Assembly: GCA_951406725.2 (NCBI GenBank) | Contig: OX597827.1 | Span: forward strand, 20,026,001-20,090,000 | Reading direction: 5' to 3' | Source: Octopus vulgaris | Taxonomy: Eukaryota | Length of the DNA stretch: 64,000 bases | Shown here: piece by piece, positions 54,125 through 64,000 of the stretch | Layout: each line of letters begins with the position of its first letter | Numbering within the stretch: the first letter of the stretch is position 1 | The notes under the pieces: generated by a model | What the model was told of the DNA's origin: nothing | The model's input: only the letters and a program-made list of their open reading frames with translations | Database searches by the model: none | Program-made: the position numbers and the translations under genes

Positions 54125-54294
54125 CTGGTGGAGGAAGCACACAACACAATCCAATATTTATTGAACATTGAAATATATGAAAAAGTAGTCTATATTATTC
54201 GGTTCTTCATATTCAATGGGGAGGGGGGAGAAAGTGACATGTTAGTATGTATGAAAAAAGAGGGAGAATGTTGTATATGCATATTTTTGAACTG

Positions 54295-54675
54295 GTACAA
54301 GGCCTGAAATTTGGGGAAAGCAACAGTCGATTACATCAACCCCAGTGCATAACTGGTACTTAGTTTATCGACCCCAAAAGGATGAAAGGTAAAGTTGACC
54401 TTGGTGGAATTTGAACTCAGAATGTAGTGACAAGTGAAATACCTATTTCTTTACTACCCACAAGGGGCTAAACACAAAGGGGAAAAACAAGGACAGACAA
54501 ACGGATTAAGCCGATTATATCGATCCCAGTGTGTAACTGGTACTTATTTAATCCACCCCGAAAGGATGAAAGGCAAAGTTGACCTCGGTGGAATTTGAAC
54601 TCAGAACGTAACGGTAGACGAAATATCGCTAAGCATTTCACCCGACATGCTAACATTTTTGCCAGCTTGCCGCCT
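54295..54675 (-). mobile_element. Two tandem SINE family B-related units
   Basis: Two consecutive Nin-like cores, joined in the same way as the 19800-20392 trimer. Confidence 0.8.
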
Positions 54676-55060
54676 TAATAATAATAATAATTCGTTCGTT
54701 TATTGGCCACAAGGTTTAACAAAAATCAATTAAAACATAAAGGGACAAAACACAGGGCAAAAGTTACAAAGGGTTTTGTCCGTTTGAAAAAGTCCGTGTA
54801 CAAAAGCAGGATAACAACGAAATGTAAGTAACAATTAAAACTCCCAATAGGGGGAGGCGCTTCAAAAGGTTACTCGTGGAAAAACCCATAAAAGCCACGA
54901 GAGCCCCTTTCTCCTTTTATATTTCCTTTTAATTTTCACTGGATACTAATATGGAAATCCCTTTGTTTAAGGGTGACATATGATTTTAAATGATTGCTTC
55001 TCTAATTATTTAAAATAACGACCAGATCCTGCTTCCTTGATTGTAATGTAAATAACTTAC

Positions 55061-55214
55061 CACCTGGACACTTCCATCAGTAGGATGAGTGGAACTGCGC
55101 GAGACATTTAACAGGACGATAGGGTAGATGGTCCTGGAGTTCGCTGCCATGGAAACATCTGCCATAACTTGTGGCGTTGGTAAATGAAGCTGCTTCTCAC
55201 TGCAACAGTCTAAT
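55061..55214 (-). CDS. CGRRF1: CGRRF1 internal exon, downstream of the U12 intron
   Basis: ttaaag|A TTA GAC...GTG|gtaagt. Encodes LDCCSEKQLHLPTPQVMADVSMAANSRTIYPIVLLNVSRSSTHPTDGSVQV (human PRSRYPLVALL). 154 bp, phase 2/0. Confidence 0.82.
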
Positions 55215-55399
55215 CTTTAATCAATGTCAAAGGATCAAATGATTCTGCTGAGCAAATAGTTTTAAAGGCACTCACACACAAACACCCACACCACACACAC
55301 ACACACGAGCACATGCAAAGTAGAAAGTAAACTCTGTGTGTGTGTGTGTGTGTGTGTTACAGAGAGAGAGAGCATAATGATAATAATAATAATGAAATT

Positions 55400-55745
55400 A
55401 TTGTATACAGTGCTCAGGTGCACCACAACCTGTCAAAAAGTGCATATAAAGTATATGCAGTAATGTACAAATATCTGGGAAGTGAACAGTGTATGAGTCA
55501 GATACATGCTTGCGTGTGTATAAAGGGGAGGAAATCAGGTGTAGTGTTGGCGAATCTCAGGAAGCATGGTAGTTTTGAAGGATGCAGTGCTCCGACAACC
55601 AACAACTGATGCCGGCAGTTTGTTCCATGCTTCAGCAACTCTTGGCGTGAAAAAATGTTTCCGAAAGTAATGGAAGGAGCTGTGCAGTTTTCTGACTTTG
55701 TAAACATGTCCACAGGTGTTAGACAGGTGTAGTTTGAAAAGGTAC
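55400..55745 (-). mobile_element. CR1/L2-group LINE 3' fragment
   Basis: Minus strand ...RKHFFT.RVAEAWNKLPASVV...LQNYHAS-like terminal motif followed by an (ATT)n tail. Confidence 0.6.
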
Positions 55746-55980
55746 TCAGAGTTACATAAGACATAAAATACAAATTCACCTCAATAGGAAAGCGTAACTT
55801 TGATAAGGTCAACTCTACTCATTGCTTCTCACTCAAACCTTCTACAAACCACAGATTTTAGCAAACTCAGAGGACAGAGAGGGAGAATCAAATCATTGTT
55901 TAACATTTGAAGCTAATTCATAGCGGATGTCACTCTCCACCAAGTTTCCAGCACCCATTCTCACCATATACAGATATATA

Positions 55981-56212
55981 TATTTCTTTACTACCCACAA
56001 GGGGCTAAACACAGAGGGGACAAACAAGGACAGACAAACGGATTAAGTCGATTATATCGACCCCAGTGTGTAACTGGTACTTATTTAATCCACCCCGAAA
56101 GGATGAAAGGCAAAGTCGACCTCAGCAGAATTTGAACTCAGAACGTAACGGCAGACGAAATACAGCTACGCATTTCACCTGACGAGCTAACGTTTCTGCC
56201 AGCTCGCCACCT
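55981..56212 (-). mobile_element. SINE family B copy with a 20-bp TSD, inside the U12 intron
   Basis: TCACCATATACAGATATATA at 55961-55980 and 56213-56232. Older decayed copies lie at about 25940-26100, 28590-28752, 30638-30835, 43858-44245 and 62805-62985. Confidence 0.88.
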
Positions 56213-56655
56213 TCACCATATACAGATATATAGCCACAGAGAGATATCCAAATATAGAAATACTATCAGAAAGAGGTATCATCATATGTAGAAGGATACA
56301 GAGATATAGCCACATAGCAATATCACCAACAATCTGTCTAGAAGATATCAATAGGGAAAGAACTGTGTCAGGGGACGTAAAAGTTATTCCAAGGGACATA
56401 ACTCGGTTAATCCGATTACTGAGACGCCATCCGAAACTGGTTGTGTTCCTTGCTATAATTTGTACACACACACACATCATCTACCTACCAGCTCTCTTTA
56501 TCCAATCTTTAGTTTATTACTTGGCTCTATCTCATACACAGTGGGGTTTTAGCTTCATAATGATTATATTACTTTGTGCGTGTGTGTGTGTGTGTGTATG
56601 TGTGTGTGTGTGTGTGTCTCTCTCAAGATAGATAATAATGTACTAAAAAGGATAC

Positions 56656-56830
56656 ACGAGAGGGTCATCTTTGCAAACATATGAACCCGTAAGGAAATTA
56701 TCGGAGTGTATATGCTCCTGGAGTTGTTGCCATGGTAACTGGAACTCTTGGTAAAGAGCCTGGATGTTCACACCCCAGAAGCTGTACAGACGACTTGCCA
56801 CCAAACTTGAAACCACGCAATGTAAACCAG
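56656..56830 (-). CDS. CGRRF1: CGRRF1 internal exon, upstream of the U12 intron
   Basis: tctatttcag|CT GGT...CTC GT|GTATCCTTT. Encodes GLHCVVSSLVASRLYSFWGVNIQALYQEFQLPWQQLQEHIHSDNFLTGSYVCKDDPL (human YWGCSVQKLY). 175 bp, phase 1/2. Confidence 0.87.
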
Positions 56831-57895
56831 CTGAAATAGAGAAGGAAAAATACATAATTTTGTCTATTGTTGTCATCTTTCAGCTAGTACAACTCTCCTC
56901 AATGTTCCAACCATGACCTTCACATCTATAATCCAGGTATATTGTAACAATAACCATTTTAGCCATTTTGAAATATGGTGCGAATTGGCAATATGATGTA
57001 ATGTCATTGCCGAAGGATTATTATTTTCAGTTTTTCCATTGGTTAATATAACTGCTCATATAAAGATTCTAAAAGTTTCGTAAAGAATATTTGTAATGGA
57101 TTTCAATTCTTTTAAGTCAAGTTGAGCAGTTATAAAAACCCTGGATTTGGGGAAAAACTTCAGTGTTTGTTGGATGTAACTGAACTCCACGACACTCACT
57201 CTTTTGAGACATCGGTAATTTTCATGCCATGTCTAAAGATAATCACAAGTCTATTTTGATTTGTTGATTAATGTATTAGTGAGAATTAAGAATTAGTTAA
57301 TGAATTTATAGTCGTTCTTCTACACGACAAAATTATCTTTCCTTCCTACTGTAAATAATATAAAATGTTATATTTATATAATAAACCTAATAAAGAAAAT
57401 GCTTCTCTTCACGTTTGTTTTTTCAACCGAGTATAAATAAATATGCATTTCTGTAATCATTAATTTATATTTTCTTATAGCGGTTAAAAGGACACAAAGA
57501 AAATATTCAACATACATGTCGTTAATATTCATAGCGTTTCATGAGTACATCTCTCTATGACGTTATATACTATAGTATGGGTTTTAGGTATAATGATAAC
57601 ACTTAAGTATAAGTGACGTTTAATCAATATATTCCTCCTTACTCAGAAAAAAGCCAAATAAAATAATATAACCTAAGAGAAAGCTTAAGGTAGCATAAAT
57701 AAACCGCTATAATATCAATGACTATACAGTCCATTGTGTCTCTCTTTTTTTATAAACACCTAAAGGTAGACGGTGAGGGTTATTTGGCAGCTATTTCTAG
57801 ATCTATTGGCCACATACCAGCACCGTTATTGGTGTCTTTATAATGTAGGGCAGTGAAAGTGTTTTGTAAGAATAGTTTGTATCAAATATCCAATA

Positions 57896-58259
57896 CTAGC
57901 GCTATGACCTGGCAACGCTGGGTCATAGTGCTAGTGCATGCATACACAGCTGCATGCGTGCGCACATACACGCGAGTACTGTCCAAATCTCCGACCAATC
58001 ACATACAGCTAGCTGGCATTCAATTGGCGTATCAAGTTTCGGGCATTTTGATTGGGTTTCGGATAGAAAATTCACAAATAAGACACTTCTAATGATTTTT
58101 TAATGGCTTTGCAGGGCGACTGGGGAAATGTAAAGATGTGCACGACCACCCTAGGACGGCTTTGAATGACCATAGAAAGTGTGAGCCCTCTAACAGAAAA
58201 ATTGTGGATTTGTATAAAGGACACACACACAGACACTTTGCCGTTTATATATATGGAGA
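57896..58259 (-). mobile_element. Helitron-like family H2, full copy
   Basis: Minus strand A|TCTCCATATATATAAACG ... terminal palindrome CTAG|T. Confidence 0.78.
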
Positions 58260-58704
58260 TTACAGTGTGGTGAGAATTCTGAAGACAATTCTAATAATTT
58301 GGTGCTGGCCATTGGGACACATAACTTGTTCTGGCGTTTTGGTGCTGATGGCACACACACACACACACACTCTCTCTCTCAAATATTCTACAGATCTTCA
58401 TTGACATTGTTTCAGCAAAATCAGCATAATTCTTAACATTCTTCAGAAAAGTCTGTTGTTCAAGGGACTTCATTGATTTTGAAAGAAAGAACAGGAGTTG
58501 GCCACGGCACAGCATCCAACCACAGAAAATCTACCCCAAAAAGTTTCAACCAGTAAAAGCGATGATGATGAGGATGAACTGGATTAGTCAGAGAAGGAGC
58601 AGAGATTAAAGTCAGATAAGAGTCACCAGAAACACAGAGTGAGGCAAGATAAGAGTCAAAACAGAACAGACATCAAGGAGATCTGAGATGAAAGAAATTG
58701 TTGT

Positions 58705-59340
58705 AATCATCATCATCATCATCACTTAGTGTCCATATTCCATTCTGGGTTAGACGGTTTGACTGGAGCTGGTAAGCCAGAGAACTGCGCCAGGCTTCAG
58801 TCGTCTGTTTTAGCCTGGTTTCTATGGCTGGATGCCCTTCCTAATGGCCACCACTCCACAGAGTATATACTTGATGCCTTTTACAGGTCACCAACACTGG
58901 CCACAGCTAAGATTTCTCTGAGCTTCACATGTCTTCTCATGCAAATTGCCAAAAGTCTCAGTCATTTGCCTTTGTGAGGTTCAACAACTGAAGATCAGGC
59001 TTCACCACATCATCCCATGGTTTCCTGAGACTACCACTTCCACAGATTCCCTCCACACTTAGAGATCAGCACTTCCTCATCCATATGCTTCACATGACCA
59101 TACCAGTGCAGTCTTCTTTCTTGCACACTACATCTAATGCCTCTTATACCCAGTTCTTCTCTTAACACACTTACACTCTGCCATACGTGCACACTGATAC
59201 TGCGTGTCCAGTGAAGCATATTAGCTTCATTCCTTTCAAGCCATCACATGTCCTCTGTGATCACAGCCCATATTTCACTGTTATGTACCGCGATTGTTCG
59301 TGCACAGGCATCATACAATCTGCCTTTCACTCTGAGGATC
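58705..59340 (-). mobile_element. RTE-like LINE 3' fragment with (GAT)n tail
   Basis: LREELGIRGIRCSVQERRLHWYGHV. Confidence 0.7.
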
Positions 59341-59728
59341 ATCATCATCATTGTTCGACCATGGTCGAGACAATGGAATTTACCATGCTATGCCAGACTT
59401 CATGGCATTACGGAGGTCCTGTTGCTGGATGCCTGTATCCCTGGAGATTACATCAGGGTAGGAGACTGTGCGCCCTCTGGTATTGCGAGTAGATGGCTTC
59501 CAGAGGAGAAGAGTAGAAATTGCCTCGTTTTCAGCTCTACAACAATGTCCAGCAAACTGGACTCTCCTACCTTTCACAAGAGATGACACAGGTGGTAGTT
59601 TCCCATATATTTGCATTTTGGTTGGATGACGCTTCCACGAGAGATTTTGAGCTCTCATAAGGAGGCAAGTGTAGGTTCTATCCAACCGCCTCTCAAGCTT
59701 CTTTGATAACGTCCAGGTTTCTGAGCCA
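59340..59728 (-). mobile_element. RTE-X-like LINE 3' fragment
   Basis: GSETWTLSKKLERRLDRTYT.LLMRAQNLSW...RRVQFAGHCCR...LLLWKP. Confidence 0.78.
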
Positions 59729-59971
59729 CTCTGAGGAAGTGGTCCTTTGTTACCATTAAAAGTAAAAGCTCTCTGAACTTTGCCCACCCCATTCTTATTC
59801 TAGTAGCTACACTCTCAGAGCATCCTCCTCCACTGCTGACTTAAGGTAACAGAAGCTGTCTACTACTTCTAATTATCCCCCCAGTCATTTGATAAGGTCT
59901 ATTTTCTGTACATTTCTAGCATTTATTGTACCTGTACATCTGCCACACACAAACACTACTCTCTCGGTTAA

Positions 59972-60191
59972 CCCTATCATTAATGTTTTTATTTTGAGAT
60001 GCTCTGTGTTTCTTTCAATTACTTTAAATATAACAAAGAATTTAGAAAAATAACTTAGTTATCATTCAGCTAGTATTAGGAACATAAATTGTGACTAAGG
60101 TTTGGTGGAAGATTTTAATTCAAAACTTATGAAAACAAGACATTTGTACTCAGAACCAGAGCCGGTTTCAGCCGGGTTGGTAACGAAAGGG
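59972..60191. mobile_element. piggyBac-type MITE
   Basis: TTAA|CCCTATCATTA ... TAACGAAAGGG|TTAA. Confidence 0.75.
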
Positions 60192-60632
60192 TTAACCTTC
60201 CTCTGATACTGATGCATCTTTTTATGTGTCCATAGCTTGCACAGAGTACATCTCATGGAGTTTCTACCAACACCTTTTCTAAAAATTGAGAAGGGCCATC
60301 TCCCTGAAGGGATCAGTGATTTGTCTTCCTATTTACAAAGACTTTAGTCTTTGCTTAATTAACTCTAAGGCCCTTTGATTCCAGACCTTGCTTGCACATG
60401 AAATTTCTTGTCTAGTGCTGGTAGTGATTCAGCTATACAAACAAGGTCATCATTACAAAGGAACTCTAAGTGCAGCTAGTCTTAAATTCCTGTTATGGTC
60501 TGGAGGACTATGAAGAACAAGAGGGGGGTTGAGAACCAATCCTTGGTGAATTAGCTTCAATTAGCATGACAAGTTCCTAAGTGCAATTTTTATTTTCAAA
60601 AATCAATAGAAATAGAAGAAAGATGTACTTAC

Positions 60633-60763
60633 ACAGTAAGGAGCTATTCTTTGTAGGGTCCATCTGTAGCGAGAAAGGGGTTTGGATTCCAACCATTCGC
60701 TGCTCAGGAATAACATGTTTGACAACAACCGATGAGCTGAATGCAATATGATCTCCATTTAAC
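60633..60763 (-). CDS. CGRRF1: CGRRF1 probable second exon; first (transmembrane) exon not found in the window
   Basis: ctttttag|G TTA...CTG T|gtaagt. Encodes LNGDHIAFSSSVVVKHVIPEQRMVGIQTPFSLQMDPTKNSSLL (human KKQMRQVKNPFGLEI). 131 bp, phase 2/1, compatible with the next exon. Confidence 0.82.
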
Positions 60764-60788
60764 CTAAAAAGTAGGTAAAATATTACGG

Positions 60789-61093
60789 AGATGTACTTGC
60801 ATAGCAAGTGATTTGATCTGAGATCGGGTGCTGAAACGAAAACAATTGCAGCGTGGAAGGTGTTTGTAAGCCATTTAAGAAACACACAAAAGTCGTTCGA
60901 TTCACTCAACATTTAAGTTTAATTTGTCAAAATATTTTCGTCGCTAAAATCCGCGACCTGTTCACTGACAAAAATCCGTGCTGCATCTCGGATTTTTGTC
61001 AGATTTTTGCAAGTGAACAGGTCGCGGTCTTAAAGCGATGAAAATATTTTGACAAATTAAACTTAAATGTTGAAGTGAATCGAACGGCTTTTG
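60789..61093. repeat. Fold-back element F1, second copy
   Basis: Same arms plus a shared unique tail; starts about 25 nt upstream of the acceptor of CGRRF1 exon 60633-60763. Confidence 0.85.
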
Positions 61094-62160
61094 TAGATAA
61101 AATATTGTAACAATTCAATTTATAATCTAAATAATCAGAGAGAAATTCTATTTTCTCAAACCCAGCTCACCTTACCAATTCCACAGTCAGATTAACAAAC
61201 AGAAAACAGTTAAATTCTTAACACCAAACACTAAAACATTGGTCCATAATATTTAAACTCAAAGTAATTGGACATATTTTGCCAAATGATTAGTTCTAGT
61301 CATTAGATTAGGCCATGCTGGAGCACTGCCTTGAGGAAATTCAGTTGAACAAATTAACCCCAGTAATTGTTTATTTTTTTACAAGCCTGGTACTTGTTCT
61401 AACAATCTCTTTTTGCTAAACTGCTAAGTTACAGGGATGTACACAAACCAACACCAGTGAGGGACAACACAGACACAAAGACACACATACATCTATGAAG
61501 GGCTTCTTTCAGTTTCCACTTACCAAATCCACTCCCAAGGTTTTGGCCAGCCCAAAGCTATAATAGAAAACATTTACCGTGGGTAAGTGGGACTGAACCT
61601 GGGGCCATCTAGATGAGAAGCAAATTTTTTAGCACACAGCCATACCTAAAACTAACCAAAATGAAATTTGACAAGGAACAAACTATTTCATATCCAAGAA
61701 TATGAAGAATCAAAATTCAAATTCTTCCACTTGTTCTCTTGTTTTAAAATCTCCTGCAACCCATAACATTTTTGTTGATATATCCCAAAATATTAGAATA
61801 ATTTGTACACAATTCTGAATTAATTAAGTAGTAGTTGAGGGGTGGGGGAGTTCAATTGTTTCGCTTTTAAAAGTAGACACCCTTTTGCAAACTGAAAATT
61901 GTTTCTTTGGAAGACAATTATGAGAAGAATGGAAAGAAATACAAAACATAAAGAATGAAAAAGAATGTTGCAAGGTATTTGGTTCAAGGGTCTAACAATT
62001 CTGCCGACCTGTGACCTTTCCATAGTCACCTCTGCTGCTGTGCTTATCATTGAAACCTTCCACAAACAACAAATATTGGCTTCAAATTCTGGCACAAGGT
62101 AAGCAAGTTTGCAAGAGGGAGAAAGTGGATTACACTGACCCCAGTATTCTACTGGTACTT

Positions 62161-62596
62161 GGATCTTTTCAGTTTGAACAACAGTTTTTAACATAATTTC
62201 TAGGTAACTAAAAAAATTTTAAACTTCATATACTGGTAGAATGTGTTTATAAAACATCTTTTTCTCTTGGCTTTATTGAGAAAATTCTATAGTTTGTAAG
62301 ATATTTGCTGTTTTTTTTTTTCTTCAATTTCTACAATTTCAACCAATCAGTGACGTCTATTGAGTTAAAAAGCATTCTGTGCCGTATGAATATGTCCCTC
62401 GTTTAAGAAACAGATTGGGTTTATTTACATTTGTGAAGAAAAAAAGATACCCTTCCCCCACCCCTAACCCTAACCTTAACTAACCTTAACCCTAAAATAG
62501 ATTGAAATGCAATAGATTGATTCTAGGGTCATAATTATGGATGACAATTTCATATGACACCGCTAGAAAAAACTGCCGTTCAAACCGAAAAGATCC
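62161..62596 (-). mobile_element. Same MITE, copy 5 (inverted), inserted into a decayed SINE B
   Basis: Same TIRs; 9-bp TSD CTGGTACTT; (CCCTAA)n on the + strand. Confidence 0.88.
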
Positions 62597-63020
62597 CTGG
62601 TACTTTTATCTTTTTTGTTTTTTATCAACATGAAAAGGATGAAAGACAGAGTCAACCCTGGCAACATTTAAACACGGGACATAAAGATTGGTCAAAATGC
62701 TTGGCAGAGACAATTCAGCCAGATCACCACCTTAACAACAACAACAACAACAGTAGCAGCAACATCAAAAACAACAACAACGGTTTCGAATTTTAAGACA
62801 CAAGACCAGCAAATTCAGCAGGAGGAGGGGGGGAAGTCGATCTAATCAACCCCAGTGCTCAGCTGGTTCTTATTTTATTGAAACCCCCCCCCCTCCAAAA
62901 AAAAGGATGAAAAGCAAAACCAAACTTGGCGGAATTTGAACTCAGAACAGATAAAATGCTGCTAACAATTCCACCAGCTCACCACCTAGTAATAATGATA
63001 ATAATAATAATTAAGACCAA

Positions 63021-63417
63021 GGGCTGCGTGGTAAGTAGCTTGCTAACCAACCACATGGTTCCGGGTTCAGTCCCACTGCGTGGCATCTTGAGCAAGTGTC
63101 TTCTGCTATAGCCCCGGGCCAACCAATGCCTTGTGAGTGGATTTGGTAGACGGAAACTGAAAGAAGCCTGTCGTATATATGTATATATATATGTATGTGT
63201 GTGTGTTTGTGTGTCTGTGTTTGTCCCCCTAGCATTGCTTGACAACCGATGCTGGTGTGTTTACGTCCCCGTCACTTAGCGGTTCGGCAAAAGAGACCGA
63301 TAGAATAAGTACTGGGCTTACAAAGAATAAGTTCCGGGGTCGATTTGCTCGACTAAAGGCGGTGCTCCAGCATGGCCGCAGTCAAATGACTGAAACAAGT
63401 AAAAGAGTAAAAGAGAG
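63021..63417 (+). mobile_element. SINE family A, full copy
   Basis: High identity to 5860-6276. Confidence 0.85.
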
Positions 63418-64000
63418 AGTGATAAAACTCATTCAGACAGCAAACACAAGATGTGTGGGAAAAGGACAAAAGTATAAAGCATGGTCTAAGCAAGAGCAAA
63501 AAGGCCAGCAAAACGAAAAAAAATAAATATTAATGCAGGGGTGAGAGTAAAAAGATTGTATGAGAAAGTTAGCCAAGTCAGAGACTAGGACGGGGAACGA
63601 TTACTCTGTGTAACCAAGTTTTGATTTTTTTCTGTCTTTTGTTTGTAAGTGTTATTTCCTATTTGCTTCTATCAAGAAATCAAAGGAAATGGCTACTGTT
63701 CCTTTCAAATTTTGCTTCTGTGACTAGGGATATCAATGTTTTGAAACTGACCTATTTTCCATTACATTTCTGACAGATTCAGCAGAGTTGCTGAAGCAGA
63801 ATTTTCTAGAACTTTTGTTATAGCAAATATTCTGCTCAATAACCACAGATTTGCTTGTCAGCTGCTTGACCATAACCACTTGAGCTTGTCTCTTTGTGGC
63901 TGACAATGTGTGCATCTGTAATTATGAGCAGGAGTAGTGGGTGGGAGCATCATAACTATGCGTTGAGTAGAGAGATTCTTTGGGGTTTGAATAAATGTGA

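Larger units (their letters stand above)
55215..56655 (-). other. U12-type (minor spliceosome) GT-AG intron in CGRRF1
   Basis: The 5' splice site is GTATCCTTT. A branch-like TCCTTTGAC (55234-55226) lies about 12 nt from the 3' AG, with no polypyrimidine tract. Reading frame is preserved. Confidence 0.88.

Noticed and set aside
61820-62194. Hydrophobic ORF segment as the missing CGRRF1 first (transmembrane) exon
   Set aside because: There is no convincing phase-2 donor or start codon, and the ORF begins in MITE/SINE sequence. Exon 1 probably lies beyond the window.

Overview
This is AT-rich, microsatellite-dense animal genomic DNA, most likely from an octopus or other coleoid cephalopod (inferred from the SINE, MITE and microsatellite landscape; no database search was run). 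It holds two convergent, partial, intron-containing genes. The first is the 3' half of a vesicular monoamine transporter (VMAT/SLC18A1-2 type) on the + strand: 8 coding exons, 6652-42161, with matching splice phases. The second is CGRRF1 (a RING-finger protein) on the - strand: 5 coding exons, 60763-51869, with the first exon not found and one U12-type (minor spliceosome) intron. The rest is tRNA-derived SINEs, LINE fragments (RTE, CR1/L2, Tx1/L1, R4/Dong, Penelope), non-autonomous Helitrons, hAT and piggyBac MITEs, five copies of a GG-terminated MITE with 8-9 bp target-site duplications (TSDs) and internal TTAGGG repeats, and long microsatellites. The most unusual signal is a set of unrelated fold-back or duplicated elements that each centre on a minimal type-I hammerhead ribozyme motif. 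Across these elements the 3-8 core pair covaries (C-G, U-A, G-C). Nearly all ORFs in the supplied track are microsatellite artefacts.
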